Part shown: positions 19,301-29,988 of the stretch, in pieces
Layout of the letters: every line of letters starts with the position of its first letter
How positions within the stretch are numbered: position 1 is the first letter of the stretch
From: a bacterium
GTDB taxonomy: Bacteria; Patescibacteriota; Minisyncoccia; Phycocordibacterales; UBA5272
Length of the DNA: 64,000 nucleotides
Assembly: GCA_043719155.1 (NCBI GenBank)
Contig: JAYSUJ010000024.1
Span: 3,424 to 67,423 of the forward strand
Direction of reading: 5' to 3'
Program-made: the position numbers and the translations under genes
Notes under the pieces: model-generated
What the model was told of the DNA's origin: nothing
Database searches by the model: none
Seen by the model: the letters and a program-made list of their open reading frames with translations, nothing else

Positions 19301-22300
19301 ACTTCGGTAATACAACTCTTGAAAATTGTGTGAGAAAGACAATGTGTTTTTAAGTTCTGGAGTTGAAGTCGCCAAAGTTATTTGTGCATTGGTTGCAGAG
19401 TGACCTGTCAAGATACACACTCCAATGTATGCCCCTGTTCCATTTACATAATCTGCTAAATAATTATTATTTACGTCCACTTTTAACCAAGTATTAGTAG
19501 CAATAGTGTTAAAGAATATTTTATCAGAGTAGGCAGTACCAGTGGCACATTGGTTATATGTCTGTCCACTGTCTGGCCATACTGGAACTCCCATACTTCC
19601 GTTTCTTTTAAAGAGTTGAATGTAACTGTTTTCATCGTTTATTTGATTAACTTTTTCTTTAACAAAGAAATTGTAATAGGCGTCAACTAAAGATGAGGTA
19701 GCAAGACCAGAACTTTTGTTGGTTGAAAATACTAGACCAGAGTCCAAAGTATTTAATGTTAAATTAGCGGGTATTACTATTTCTTCTCCAATAGGATTAG
19801 TTGTTCCAAAGAATTGTAGCAAATCAAGTGAAGTATCTCTATCTTGTCTACGCATATAGGTAGTATTTCTAATAGCATCGATAAAACTTTGGGCTGGTGA
19901 ACTTGGATATAGTATATACCCACCGATGTTAATTCCATTACTTTGAATTGTTCCGTAATAACTTTCTACCCCTTGTCTTGCTCTTACTTGGGTTATTTTT
20001 ATCGCATTAGCATAGGGGTGTAAAGTTTTTACTACTGATACATTGGTATATGGGTTTGTTGAATAAATATACTCCCCACTTGTTTTACTTACTTGTATTA
20101 AGTTTTCACCAGGTAAACCTTTTTCTCTAACTACCGATGCCGTAGATGTTGCAATATTGGTTGGCAACCCTACATAGTTTATATTTCCAAAGTCATAGGA
20201 GTTTTTACCCCCTATAAATGAAATTGTGTTGGAAATACGATTTAGATTTTTATCGTCATAAGTATTTTGAGTTCGAAGTATTCCTCTGTCATAAGCAACA
20301 ATTTGACCCAGCACATTGTATTCTGGGTTTTCAAATACTTTAGTAGTAGTTGAATAAAAATCACCAAAGAAAATAGATTTTATTTTTCCTTTTGCTAATT
20401 CATTAGTTGTAGTCGATACCCCGTCACCAGTGGTGATAATATTTCCCAGTAAATCATAGACAAAATATTGGGTTGATTTTGGTGACCAGATACTATTGTT
20501 GGTAACAGTTTCAATCTTATCAACTTCACCACTTCCGTTGTATGAATATTTTTTAACAATTCCGTCAGATGAACTTGCCACACATAATTTACCTAATCCG
20601 TTTGTACAAGAGTCGTAAATATATTCATTCAGCAAGTTATTTGTAACAATAATAGTAGTCGTAGCCACTGTTGAAGTTCCAATAATTATGTAAGTGGTAG
20701 TTGCAAAAGAAACAACTTCTGTATCAGTTGCTTTTCTACCAAGTAAGTCAAATGTAGTTTTAACTTTGTCCCCATTTGTAAATATACTTTCCACAAAGTC
20801 GTTAATTTCTCCATAACTGGTATTGGTATATGATGTAGATGTCCCTTTATTAGTTAACTCGTCATAAATTTTTCTGTTAGAGAAATCATAGCCAATATTT
20901 CTAATTGCATTTTCAGAATCTAGTATATTTACTAGATTCCCTAAAATATCATAGGTATATTTAGTGTTGTAAACTACTCCACTGTTATTTTCCACCACTT
21001 CTTTTATCAGTCCGTCTTTGTCATACACAAACCCTGTTTGATGATTGTTTTTATCAAACACGATTTTACTTCTAGCCCCATAATTTGCTTTGTCTGTTCC
21101 AAGCACGGTTTTAGTTTCTATCACTCTTCCAAAACTATCACGCACATAAGTCTTGTAATTGTAAACTGGTAAAGTTATTCCGTCACTTCTCCCAAGTGTG
21201 TAAGTAGTGTAAGGTAAACTTTCTTTAACAACATTCCCAACTTCGTCGTAGAAAGTGTCAGATGTAGAGTAATTGTTATTTACAGTTTCTGTTTTTGTTT
21301 TGATTACTTTCCCAAAGCCGTCAAAGTAGAACACTGAACTTAAAGTATCAGTTGCAGTAAAAAACTTTTTAACTGTTACATCTGGGAAATTAGCATCACT
21401 GTAAACTCTTTCCTCTAACAAATTGTTATTTTTCCAAGTTTTAACAGTCCTACCAAAGCCGTCATACTCCACTCTGTTTTCCAAATTATTTTGGTCAACA
21501 CTACGCTTTACTTTACTTGTATTGTAATCGTAAACAAAAGTATTTATTTGTCCTAAAGCATTAGTAGTTTTGATTGGGAATAACTTTTGCGTGTCATATT
21601 CAATAGTTGTGGTTGCACCTCTACTGTTCACTGTCAGTGTCGGCAACCCGAACACTATATCGTAAACAGTTTTTTCACTTTGCTTGGTCGTTGTTCCAGT
21701 GTAAGTATCTTTTTGAGTAAGTAGTCCACTTGAAATGGTAGAATCTAAATTATTGTCATAGAAATAATTTTCTTTTGCAAGTAAGTTACCATTTACATCT
21801 TTCAAAGTTTTAGAAGTGGGTAAATACTTTTTAGTTTGGGTTTGGGAATTGTTGTAAGATATTTCCAAAACTTTTGTGTCAGCAATATTTGTATCTGTAA
21901 TTGTTTGTGAAGAAGTTGTCACATCTCCATAACTAATTTCCTTTACCTTATTTAAGTTATTATCAAACATATATTCACTTGCAGTCGTAAATACAGCCCC
22001 ATTATTTTGGTCCACTACAGACGTATTATTTCTAACTGGAACAATTGCTGTTGAAGAAGCAGTCAGGGGGTTAAAGATTTCAGAGTATGAAATCAAATCT
22101 CTTTTTTCTAAAGAATTATTTTTGTTAAAAGTTTCTTGTTTGTAAAGTTTTCCTGTCTTACTTGCACTATCTTTTATCTCATCTACACTGTCACCGTTTC
22201 CTTGGTGATAGTAAGAGATTGTTTTCAACGAGTTGACCTCTATTGTAGTAACTTTTCCAAATCCAGCAAGGGTATTTTCGAAGTTCCCCTCACGAATTAT

Positions 22301-24583
22301 GGAGGCATCTTCATAAATATATTCACGAGCGGAAATCATTCCAGTTCCGTCCTTACTAATTTCTTTTTTGAGTGTCCAAACTGGATAGCCAATTTTATTG
22401 GCTCTGGTGCCGTCTGTTTTTTTATATGAACTTGCAGGTGCATATTCAAAACTAGATTCACCGCCTAAATTGTTTTTAATTCCAGTAAGTAAATCGGCTT
22501 TCATTTTAGAAGCGGTCACAGAGAAAGTATTTGAGGTATTGGGAGAGCGGGCAATGTCAGGTAAACCGTCACCATTTAAGTCAGCCGAAAAAGCAATTTG
22601 GTATTGTATTTGTTCTGCCTCTGTAAAACCGTCAAAGTTAAAGTCGGTGTAGAGGTTATCGTAAAAAGACATTCCGTTAAAAATGTGCGAGTAATATGAA
22701 ATTGGGAAATTGTATTGTGCGGAAGAAGTAGCGTCCAAAAGCACCATATCTTTTCCATTATTTAGCCAAATTTTTTTGTAAGTGTTATCTACAAAGCCAT
22801 TTATACCGACTGCTGACTCGTTTAATTTATATACATTTATCAAATCATCCAGTCCATCATTGTTAATATCCAGATATACAAATGAAGCGTCTATCATTGC
22901 ATCTCTGTTTTGTGAGAACCAACCAGTTGCTTTTAAGTCTGGGACTCTATCTCCGTCGAGGTTAGCAATTTTAAAACCATTTGGATAACTTGGAAAGTTG
23001 GATTGTTCCCAGAATAATGAAGTTGTGGCATAAGTTCTTTCAGTTGAACTGGCTACAACAACTTGTGTGGTAGTTCCCACAACAACTGTTGAGGTTGAAG
23101 TTTTAATAGTATCCTTGTAATTTATTCCCTTTATTCCTGCTCCCAAAACATCTACATTTCCGTCACTGTCATAGTCATAGAAAAAGTTATTAACAGGTTG
23201 ATTTATATTTACATAAGAGTGAAATTGAGAGAGGAAAAATGGTATTTCGGCTGTTGGCATTTCTCGACAATCATAACCTGGTTGAGAGTTAGTTTGGGGA
23301 TTACAATTAGTAGTTTTGTCTAACAAAACTTTTTCAGTAAAGGTAAAATCTCCATCGTTTAGATAAACTTTTTTAACTACACGGTGATTATTGTAATAAT
23401 CTCCAAAGAAAGTTTGGCGAGAATATACCAGGTCATTAAAACCGTCACCATTTATGTCTACGATTCGGTCAAAGTTGTCTTTGGGAATACCCAATGTTTT
23501 AGTTTCTGTTTGTGGTTGAGAGTAAGTAAAAACAGTTTCTGGTAAAGTGGTTTGTGTTCCATTTTCACCAAATGCAGATTCGATGATACCAGCAAGTAAA
23601 CTTCTTTTACCATTTACACCAAGTGAATATCTAAAAGCAAAATTCTTGGTTTTATTTCCGTTTACAAATACCTCTGTTCCAAACATTCTTTTATTGTTCT
23701 TTATCAAGTATCCAGTTTGATAACTTTCTAGTTGGTCAGGACGATTTTCAAATGTAAAACGGACTTCGTAAATACCGGGCTGATTTAAGTGATTCGTATA
23801 GAAAATACTTTGTGGGTATACAAAATTATCGTCTTTAGAGTAAGTATATTTTATGGAGTTTCCAAATACGTCAACTACCTCGGTTAAATACCAAGTGTGG
23901 ATTTCAGAGGTTGAAGATGCAGAGTTTATTCTACTTTCAGTATTTCCTCCATAAACGTATTTCATACCAGAATTATCTTTAACTTCCCAAGTGTCACCAA
24001 CACGAGTGAACTCACTGCGACCTGTGTCATTTTTCTTTGGAACAAAGATTTGAGAGGAGGTAGTCTTAACTAATTCTCCGTAGGTGTTTGAGGTAAAGTT
24101 TTCGTCTGTGTAGAGTTTAATTATTCCATTCTTGTTTACCCTTTGTATGTATGGAAGTGATAGGTCAAAACCAAACCCTACCCAGTTTTGATTATTTTCG
24201 TTTTGAGAGTTGTAGTTCACCGATATATCCGGAGTCATTCCATTTCTTCCCTCTGGAACTTTCAATTTGTAGTTATATTGCAGTGAGCCAGTATTACCCT
24301 CGCTCTTTGGTTTGTTAGGTGAGTCAATAGTAACACCGCTTGAGCCAGTGGTAGAATAGTCATAAAAGACTGGGGCAGAGAAAACATTATTTACTCCCAC
24401 ACAACCAATTAAAATACCCATTAAAATTAAATTTTTTAATGGGTTGGGGAAACCACTTGGAAAACTACTAGACGATTCTTGTCTACGCATATTATTGTTA
24501 TTTTTATTAAAATTACTCACTTTTAATGACTTTACTCTCATAAAGATACCCACATAATACCATAATCTGTAATACTTAAGCAA
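16391..24583 (-). CDS. Giant RHS/YD-repeat polymorphic toxin (Tc-toxin TcB/TcC-like) with a glycine-zipper-rich C-terminal toxin domain
   Basis: Signal/TM near the N-terminus. SpvB/FG-GAP-like repeats [56 protein letters not shown]. Many YD repeats ([25 protein letters not shown]...). The RHS core ends with a DPxG motif (...[12 protein letters not shown]), followed by about 200 aa: [19 protein letters not shown]...[34 protein letters not shown]... Confidence 0.85.
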   Translation of the reverse strand: MLKYYRLWYYVGIFMRVKSLKVSNFNKNNNNMRRQESSSSFPSGFPNPLKNLILMGILIGCVGVNNVFSAPVFYDYSTTGSSGVTIDSPNKPKSEGNTGSLQYNYKLKVPEGRNGMTPDISVNYNSQNENNQNWVGFGFDLSLPYIQRVNKNGIIKLYTDENFTSNTYGELVKTTSSQIFVPKKNDTGRSEFTRVGDTWEVKDNSGMKYVYGGNTESRINSASSTSEIHTWYLTEVVDVFGNSIKYTYSKDDNFVYPQSIFYTNHLNQPGIYEVRFTFENRPDQLESYQTGYLIKNNKRMFGTEVFVNGNKTKNFAFRYSLGVNGKRSLLAGIIESAFGENGTQTTLPETVFTYSQPQTETKTLGIPKDNFDRIVDINGDGFNDLVYSRQTFFGDYYNNHRVVKKVYLNDGDFTFTEKVLLDKTTNCNPQTNSQPGYDCREMPTAEIPFFLSQFHSYVNINQPVNNFFYDYDSDGNVDVLGAGIKGINYKDTIKTSTSTVVVGTTTQVVVASSTERTYATTSLFWEQSNFPSYPNGFKIANLDGDRVPDLKATGWFSQNRDAMIDASFVYLDINNDGLDDLINVYKLNESAVGINGFVDNTYKKIWLNNGKDMVLLDATSSAQYNFPISYYSHIFNGMSFYDNLYTDFNFDGFTEAEQIQYQIAFSADLNGDGLPDIARSPNTSNTFSVTASKMKADLLTGIKNNLGGESSFEYAPASSYKKTDGTRANKIGYPVWTLKKEISKDGTGMISAREYIYEDASIIREGNFENTLAGFGKVTTIEVNSLKTISYYHQGNGDSVDEIKDSASKTGKLYKQETFNKNNSLEKRDLISYSEIFNPLTASSTAIVPVRNNTSVVDQNNGAVFTTASEYMFDNNLNKVKEISYGDVTTSSQTITDTNIADTKVLEISYNNSQTQTKKYLPTSKTLKDVNGNLLAKENYFYDNNLDSTISSGLLTQKDTYTGTTTKQSEKTVYDIVFGLPTLTVNSRGATTTIEYDTQKLFPIKTTNALGQINTFVYDYNTSKVKRSVDQNNLENRVEYDGFGRTVKTWKNNNLLEERVYSDANFPDVTVKKFFTATDTLSSVFYFDGFGKVIKTKTETVNNNYSTSDTFYDEVGNVVKESLPYTTYTLGRSDGITLPVYNYKTYVRDSFGRVIETKTVLGTDKANYGARSKIVFDKNNHQTGFVYDKDGLIKEVVENNSGVVYNTKYTYDILGNLVNILDSENAIRNIGYDFSNRKIYDELTNKGTSTSYTNTSYGEINDFVESIFTNGDKVKTTFDLLGRKATDTEVVSFATTTYIIIGTSTVATTTIIVTNNLLNEYIYDSCTNGLGKLCVASSSDGIVKKYSYNGSGEVDKIETVTNNSIWSPKSTQYFVYDLLGNIITTGDGVSTTTNELAKGKIKSIFFGDFYSTTTKVFENPEYNVLGQIVAYDRGILRTQNTYDDKNLNRISNTISFIGGKNSYDFGNINYVGLPTNIATSTASVVREKGLPGENLIQVSKTSGEYIYSTNPYTNVSVVKTLHPYANAIKITQVRARQGVESYYGTIQSNGINIGGYILYPSSPAQSFIDAIRNTTYMRRQDRDTSLDLLQFFGTTNPIGEEIVIPANLTLNTLDSGLVFSTNKSSGLATSSLVDAYYNFFVKEKVNQINDENSYIQLFKRNGSMGVPVWPDSGQTYNQCATGTAYSDKIFFNTIATNTWLKVDVNNNYLADYVNGTGAYIGVCILTGHSATNAQITLATSTPELKNTLSFSHNFQELYYRSDTGAENAYKIHAGLTLQYNASNTKPVISSLVINKQGQGLVANISVANTDIEKDAIIENEVYLRAKTNSTSTSNFIQLETVATTSIASTSYLVDKFPFSYNTDYEIFTRSRDINGDWSEYATSSYKTSDKLDRNTNTVFCKSITNTDLGSVNCPDPIFNVSNSSNFGQINIAASSNIASTTIDTFTVNQKEIRYVGNKLKKNAKYYYLLKDGTINMFTTGDFKSPQNTSYSYDTLSRIKSILRDEDNRFENTIYTYDELSRLTQVEKEDKVMKKVEETFSYSPTGKILSNTGNNYEYANTLAHTPSKVAKENISDNLNWDNKGRLASSTMLGDFVWNNLDRVKEIKKVNGNISTTSKYYYDTEGNRVLSFVINNNQITATTSSSTIKSRLFTPNQSIQNTGSTTSYQITLGNKPILNIDRIWKDIISQTVSTSTQYIQVATTTAVYTTATITVPTYKVSTSTVSKSLWVGLRETTINSLQWDEFKGIGTTSMIMSSATITPNTINYFVGKNGATSSNHIIKLTGLTTATQTLTLYFAGAKNNKSYTTSITEGTGVISKGITFTIGGTASGTMKYFNQSTQIILLPKTPDITLSINSSIATSTPSIDNYYILDSYLFTLKNLKYATTTTNVNVSTTTVSWITSTTSVPTIVTSTSTIYTPTSTLAIQTIVTDHLNSIEKILDFTIGTEISTSSYKAFGNVEKQGVTNGNRGYTNQQMDKENNLIYMNARYNSSNYGIFISPDPKNYEGEDKKIFLENPQLQNGYSYAVNDPIHKYDPDGKCPMCIGVGIGFIGGVAVQGINDYQNGSLSTFGDYMYSGGKGVAVVGAAAATAAGATAAGLGATGVLIVGSVGGGVGSAVIDSTVGNSLLDKNISTNSITTDAFATAFGGAVAGKLIGPTLGRPAEKLISQITSVATQNEIRKETIQNIPGLIMNNYFNGNNIKTNQITNVGSVNYLDWGLFQIQEIKSNKK

Positions 24584-24594
24584 ATATGCTTTTT

Positions 24595-24623
24595 TGACTT
24601 ATTTTAGGTGATTATGGTATATT
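24595..24623 (+). promoter_or_regulatory. Putative promoter for the 24742 gene
   Basis: TTGACT, then 17 nt, then TGgTATATT (an extended -10). Confidence 0.35.
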
Positions 24624-24741
24624 CTGCCAACTGGTTTACCAGTCTAGTTAGTTTTTTACTCTCAACTAATTAGGTGACTTTTTCAAATGCCACCAGGACG
24701 CTGGTGGTGTTTTGTTATGAGTAAAATGTTAGAATTAGATT

Positions 24742-25854
24742 ATGGATAATCTTGAGGCAACTTTATTAGAAAAAATGTTTTCAAAATTACGTAGAAGACT
24801 TTTATTATTCATATTCAGAAAAAGACTTGGTAAATCAAAGTTTGCAGCGAGTATTTTGTTTAGAATAATAAATACTTTAGAAACTAGTAAGGGAGTTTAC
24901 ATAAACACAAAAGATATCGGGAATACCGACCACTTTGTTCCTCAATTTTTACTACGTAATTTTAGTATAGAAAAAGCAGGTCAAAACAAAGGATTAATTT
25001 TTGAATATCTGTTTTCTAAAAATGTAATTAAAAAGAGCGGGATAAAATCTGTTGCTTGTAAAAAAGATTTATATACATTTAAAGATAAACTGGGTGAAAA
25101 GTCAGACTTCACTGAAAAAATTATTTATTCACAAAATTTGGAGTTATTCAGTGCGACAATTTTTCAAAGTATTGTGGACGACAATAAAACTTTCAAACTG
25201 ACCCCACTGGAAGAATCTACATTGGCAGTGTTTCTCTCTCACCAAATTACGAGAACACCTTATTTTCTAGACTCAATAAAAAAATTTGTGATTTATCTTT
25301 ATGAGAACGAAAAAATATTGTTTGAAGATTTCAACAAAATCGACTCGTTAGATTCAAAAATTATAAACAATGAATACAATGTATCTTATGAAGATATTGT
25401 CAGTTTTGTCCCGAGAATAAACTTTGACGGACTTCATAATCATTTAGGATTACTGTCGTTGAGAATTGCAACTAAGTTAGCCGAGGGAATATACAAGGGT
25501 TATCTTGAAATAATTGATATTAAAGAAACAGTCACAAAAAACTTTGTAATATCAGACAATCCGGTGGTATTGTTCGACCATAAACGAAAAGAAGTCTTGA
25601 AATTTCCTGCTTGGTGGGATTTAAGCAAAAAAGATATATTTATTTTCTTACCAATATCACCAAGTAAATGTATATTTTATTCCAAGTATGACACCAAACC
25701 TGGTTTTAAAGAATTAGAAGATAATCCCTTTATAGATTTAGTAAATTTTGGAAGTTATACAAACTGCACAAATTCAGTTTTTTCTAACAAAAAAAAGGTC
25801 CTGGAAACACATCTTGTAATGTATGAAAGTGAATTAAGAAATTATTTAACCTAA
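24742..25854 (+). CDS. Hypothetical protein, possibly DUF4238-like
   Basis: The N-terminal HFVPQFLLRNF resembles the H-x-V-P-x-F motif that I recall from DUF4238. That is a recollection, not a verified match. Confidence 0.35.
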   Translation: MDNLEATLLEKMFSKLRRRLLLFIFRKRLGKSKFAASILFRIINTLETSKGVYINTKDIGNTDHFVPQFLLRNFSIEKAGQNKGLIFEYLFSKNVIKKSGIKSVACKKDLYTFKDKLGEKSDFTEKIIYSQNLELFSATIFQSIVDDNKTFKLTPLEESTLAVFLSHQITRTPYFLDSIKKFVIYLYENEKILFEDFNKIDSLDSKIINNEYNVSYEDIVSFVPRINFDGLHNHLGLLSLRIATKLAEGIYKGYLEIIDIKETVTKNFVISDNPVVLFDHKRKEVLKFPAWWDLSKKDIFIFLPISPSKCIFYSKYDTKPGFKELEDNPFIDLVNFGSYTNCTNSVFSNKKKVLETHLVMYESELRNYLT

Positions 25855-26100
25855 TTTTTTGCACAAAAAATTGCGTGAAAAGTTTACTTGGTTATCCCCA
25901 TATTTCCGCAATTTTCCTATGGACCACATTACACAAATTTAGGTAATATGTCGACGAACCAGAGAGTTGTAATTTCCTATTTTATCTATGAACCACTTTT
26001 CGTTAAAAATTGCAAAAAATGTATATCCAGTAAGGGTTATTCTCTAATTTACGTTTTACCTTGCTACCAAACTCATACTGGTGACAAAAGTCGGCTCAAA

Positions 26101-26652
26101 TTACAGTTTTTTCTGTAAAAGTTTTGTAAATATTTTATGATTAGTTTTGCACTCTTTTAATTCCGGCAATAGCCCGATAAACTCTGGTATTTCAAAGTAA
26201 TTTAACGGCACTTTTTTGTCGTCAAAAAATTTAATCTTTTTCCCAGTCAGATGTTCCGGAAATATTATATTTGCAGTATCTTTTTCTTCATTTTGAAAGT
26301 CAAATACTAGATTTGGAACAAGAGTGTCCCAACTACGAAGTATTGGAGGGTCGGAACTAATTATTCTGTTTTTAACTTGGATAAAATGTTTACAAATTGC
26401 ATAAAAAGATTTAAGTTCTTGCCCCGCAACTATTTTAGGATTAGTTTTTGGGTCAAGTATGAAAAAGTTCAAATACCTAGATTTTAACTTTACGGGACTG
26501 TTTAATCCCTTGTGCGAGTCGCTGTAAAAAGTGTCCCAGAACCACAAAAAGGTAGGCCTGTCGTGTGTTGGTAGGAAATTAAGACATAACTTACTCCCCT
26601 GGTTAAAAACCAGGATTTTACCAAGAAGTTTTAAGTAGTCTGTGTTTTGCAT
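26101..26652 (-). CDS. Hypothetical protein
   Basis: ORF with start trimmed to the Met at 26652 to avoid overlapping the upstream gene. No motif recognised. Confidence 0.3.
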   Translation of the reverse strand: MQNTDYLKLLGKILVFNQGSKLCLNFLPTHDRPTFLWFWDTFYSDSHKGLNSPVKLKSRYLNFFILDPKTNPKIVAGQELKSFYAICKHFIQVKNRIISSDPPILRSWDTLVPNLVFDFQNEEKDTANIIFPEHLTGKKIKFFDDKKVPLNYFEIPEFIGLLPELKECKTNHKIFTKLLQKKL

Positions 26653-26684
26653 AAATTTTTTTAATAGTACTTTTTTATTTAGAT

Positions 26685-26963
26685 TTAAATTTCCACAGTT
26701 TCCAAAGTATCCAGTGCGTCGCCCATATCTTGGTATGTTCCCCAAGCCGAATCTTTTGCTTCCTCTATATTATCATTCGCCTGCTGTAGTGCTTCTTCAT
26801 AGTCTGATACACTTGTTTCCAAGTCCTCTACATCTGTTTCTAATGTGGAAATTTCACTCCATAATTCTAAATTTTTGTCACTTAAATTTGAATTACTTAT
26901 ATAAAACCATAAAGATATGATTATAATAGTAAATATACACAAAGTACTCTGATTGCTTCCCAT
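26685..26963 (-). CDS. Small membrane-anchored coiled-coil protein
   Basis: N-terminal TM (LCIFTIIIISLWFYI), then an acidic heptad-like SEISTLETDVEDLETSVSDYEEALQQANDNIEEAKD. Confidence 0.4.
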   Translation of the reverse strand: MGSNQSTLCIFTIIIISLWFYISNSNLSDKNLELWSEISTLETDVEDLETSVSDYEEALQQANDNIEEAKDSAWGTYQDMGDALDTLETVEI

Positions 26964-26971
26964 AACTATTT

Positions 26972-28060
26972 TTACCCAACTGCTTTTGTGATTAGTGCAA
27001 TTTTTGTATCGTCATTCAAAATACCGGTAGGAGAAAGCCCGTTATCACTTTGGAAGTTTTTTAAGGCTGTTTTAGTTGCTTTTCCGAAATAGCCAGTGAC
27101 TAGGGTATCTTTAGAAAGGAAACCTAGAAATTGCAGAACTTTCTGCAAAAGTTTTACATCGTCACCCCTTTGACCTAATTTTAAATCTCTATCAAATGAG
27201 ATTGAACTATATGTAGCCCCTGAAACTACCTCATTATTATTTACCTGTGTTTGAGTTGTGCTAACCGGCCTAACTGTAGAAAGAAAGCAAGATTTCTTGT
27301 CTGAAGTCCATTCATATCCTGTAGCACATCTACAACTAACATCATTTCCTTTTTTTGTCCCTGGTATTGCAAGTGAGTATGTTCCATAAGAATTTGAACA
27401 AGCGTTGTCTTGGGAAATACACGAACCGTTATGCAAAATTTCATAATCCGAGCATCTTATCTCTTCTATACATTTACTCCTGTCTGCACCAATTTTAAAA
27501 CCAGTTTTACACTGACATTTTAAAGTTGAGTCATCGTAGTAAGTTCCGTATCCGTGATTTTCTCTACAACTGTCGTCTTTACCTAAACACAGATTGCCTA
27601 GAGAGTTTTTTTGGTAGCCAGTATTACAGTAGAAACTATAACTACCATAGGCAGTTGAATTTGCTGGTGCTAACAAACAATTATCTCCACTCTTATAATA
27701 TCCTGAATTACAAAACAAAACACCATAAGATTTATACCCTCCAACAACATCTACACGAGAAGTTGCACTACTTCCAGTGTATGGAGAAATGTATAGACCT
27801 GGAAGATAGGTCGAAGTGTCATAATAGTTGTTTAAATAGGTACTTTCGCTTCCGCCGGCAGTTTCCCCTGTATACGGATTTGTGTTTCCGGGAAAACTAT
27901 AATTATTATATGGATTTCCGTCAGGACTTGAACGATAATATGAGGGTACATAAGTTCCGTTTGATTTCGTGTGGCCTTTCACATAGACATCAGCAAAAAC
28001 AGAAGTTAGAAGAATGAACGGTAAAATTAGGAGTAAAAAAAAGTTTTTTAATTTATACAT
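26972..28060 (-). CDS. Secreted Cys-rich repeat protein with a C-terminal peptidoglycan-binding (PG_binding_1-like) domain
   Basis: Signal peptide. Repeated C-x-x-GY...C modules (CNSGYYKSGDNCL, CNTGYQKNSLGNLCL, CQCKTGFKIGADRSKC, CRCATGYEWTSDKKSCF). The C-terminus LKLGQRGDDVKLLQKVLQFLGFL...GYFGKATKTALKNFQSDNGLSPTGILNDDTKIAL is PG-binding-like. Confidence 0.6.
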   Translation of the reverse strand: MYKLKNFFLLLILPFILLTSVFADVYVKGHTKSNGTYVPSYYRSSPDGNPYNNYSFPGNTNPYTGETAGGSESTYLNNYYDTSTYLPGLYISPYTGSSATSRVDVVGGYKSYGVLFCNSGYYKSGDNCLLAPANSTAYGSYSFYCNTGYQKNSLGNLCLGKDDSCRENHGYGTYYDDSTLKCQCKTGFKIGADRSKCIEEIRCSDYEILHNGSCISQDNACSNSYGTYSLAIPGTKKGNDVSCRCATGYEWTSDKKSCFLSTVRPVSTTQTQVNNNEVVSGATYSSISFDRDLKLGQRGDDVKLLQKVLQFLGFLSKDTLVTGYFGKATKTALKNFQSDNGLSPTGILNDDTKIALITKAVG

Positions 28061-28069
28061 AGAATTTAA

Positions 28070-28246
28070 TTATTTATACCAAGTCTTTACACCCTTGTGG
28101 TGAGAACAAGTCCCTCTATGGGAATTACTATAACTGTAAGTCCCGTCCCTACATTTAGCAGTTGGTGACTTTTTTGCATCAGTGAGAGATATCGTTGATA
28201 CAGAAATGAAAGCAACGACTAAAAACATTTGTGTTATTTTTTTCAT
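28070..28246 (-). CDS. DUF3761-like small secreted protein (58 aa); not in the ORF track
   Basis: MKKITQMFLVVAFISVSTISLTDAKKSPTAKCRDGTYSYSNSHRGTCSHHKGVKTWYK matches the C.DGT.S.S...RG.CS.H.GV pattern of DUF3761. Confidence 0.55.
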   Translation of the reverse strand: MKKITQMFLVVAFISVSTISLTDAKKSPTAKCRDGTYSYSNSHRGTCSHHKGVKTWYK

Positions 28247-28251
28247 ATTCT

Positions 28252-29211
28252 TTACTTAAACCAGTTGAAAATGTAATCTTTAAATCTTTTATAAACAGGA
28301 ACCCACTCCTCTTTTTTGTCTTCGATTTTTATTTCTTTAATTTCAGTAGGCAATTCTTTTTTCTCGTTGGGAACTAACTTTTCAATTTTCTCTACTGGAG
28401 TTGATGGGAGTGTTTCTTCTTTCGGGATTACTTTTTTAGTTGGTTTTGCGATAGGTGCAATTATTTTTGCAGGCGTTATCACTTCCTCTGTTTTTATTTC
28501 AACTTTTATGTTTTTTTGCTCTACCGATGTTATTTTCGGTTGAGTTTTTAATTCTACTTTTTCTGCGACAAATGGTTTTCCATTGGGATACTTTGCCTTG
28601 TAAAGTGCTTTTACTCTTAATGCAACACTCTCATTTCTAATATACATATTCTGATATAGATTATTTGCTTTTTCTGTGGATAATGAGTCCATTAGTTCAA
28701 ATAAAATTACAACCTTTTCTTGTGGATAATAGTTGTCTTTCGGTGTTGTTTTTTCTGCTTGGCTTGCTCTCAATTTGGCAATCTCTGCTTTCAATTCTGT
28801 AATTTGATTTTTATTTTGCTCTGTATTTTGTATTTGCGATTGGTGTAAAGCCTTTTGTTGGACCAAAGAATCTATTTGTGCTTGAAATTTTGCATCTATT
28901 TTTGCAGATAAAATATCATAGGCTGACTGAACAAAAGAGCCATTCTGTGCCATAGAACCTTTCAAATAGTTTTTTTCTATTTCCTTTTCTCTTTCTAATT
29001 CAGTTATCCTGTTTTCAATATCTAGTATAGAAATTCCAGGACTATTTTGAGATTGGTTTTCTAGTTTTCGTAATCTGTATTCCAAAGCCGATTTTTCTTC
29101 TTGTTGTTTAATGTAAACGTCGTCTGGTAGATAATTATAGTCGGTAGCAAAGGCACTTGTTTGTATTAAAAATACACTTAAAATCAAAAAAGTTATTATT
29201 TTATTTTTCAT
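28252..29211 (-). CDS. Secreted coiled-coil, Lys-rich protein
   Basis: Signal peptide, a long Q/E/K-rich coiled-coil segment, and a Lys/Pro-rich C-terminus. Confidence 0.45.
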   Translation of the reverse strand: MKNKIITFLILSVFLIQTSAFATDYNYLPDDVYIKQQEEKSALEYRLRKLENQSQNSPGISILDIENRITELEREKEIEKNYLKGSMAQNGSFVQSAYDILSAKIDAKFQAQIDSLVQQKALHQSQIQNTEQNKNQITELKAEIAKLRASQAEKTTPKDNYYPQEKVVILFELMDSLSTEKANNLYQNMYIRNESVALRVKALYKAKYPNGKPFVAEKVELKTQPKITSVEQKNIKVEIKTEEVITPAKIIAPIAKPTKKVIPKEETLPSTPVEKIEKLVPNEKKELPTEIKEIKIEDKKEEWVPVYKRFKDYIFNWFK

Positions 29212-29445
29212 ATTGTTTGTCGCGTTTTATTTTAAAGCCCTTTTCACACAAAAAACCTATCACTAGGAAAACCCGAGGGTTTACATACTCGTTTCCAAGT
29301 ATGACGCGACAAACGCCCTAATGATAGGCTCTTTACATTTGTCGCGTTTTTGACCATATCCCAAATCTTATTTGGGGGTTAGGTCTCCGATATTTTATCG
29401 TCTAAATAATTATATCACAATTTTAAAAAGTAAAATTGGAAAAAA

Positions 29446-29922
29446 TTATAAGGCTTCAATTTCCTGCTGAAAATTCAACCCCAGTATAGGCACCCCAAAC
29501 CCTTTCCCCTCACTTCCTGTAACTTCTGTCCTGTTAGAATACCCCTCCTTTTTACCTAGTCTTTCACAGATAAATTTAGCCGTGTCTTGTTTAACTTTGA
29601 GGATAGAAGAATCTATAACTTTAATGGCTTTACCGCTTTTATTGGTCCTAGTTATTTCATAAGGTAAATTCAAAATAGTTTCTAATATTCCCTCGGCTTT
29701 ACTCACAAAGTTCATTTTTCTTACTTTTTCACAGAACCACCCTGTATCAGTTATAGTTCTAGCGTAACTATCTTCATAGCCAGCACTAATTGCAGATTGA
29801 TAAGCATTTGCAAAGTTTAGTCCTTTTACATTAATATATTCCTCCCAACAGAGTTTCTGGCGAGGGTCTAAGAAGTATTGGTTGGCTCCGTTTGGGTTGG
29901 TGGTTTTAGATTTGGTCTTCAT
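29446..29922 (-). CDS. Phage terminase small subunit-like / HTH DNA-binding protein (tentative)
   Basis: NGANQYFLDPRQKLCWEEYINVKGLNFANAYQSAISAGYEDSYAR resembles small terminase N-termini. The similarity is weak. Confidence 0.3.
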   Translation of the reverse strand: MKTKSKTTNPNGANQYFLDPRQKLCWEEYINVKGLNFANAYQSAISAGYEDSYARTITDTGWFCEKVRKMNFVSKAEGILETILNLPYEITRTNKSGKAIKVIDSSILKVKQDTAKFICERLGKKEGYSNRTEVTGSEGKGFGVPILGLNFQQEIEAL

Positions 29923-29988
29923 AGGTTAATTGTAGCAAGGATTATTGTAGAAGCAAGACCGGAAAAATGCTATACTGTCGTCAGATTT

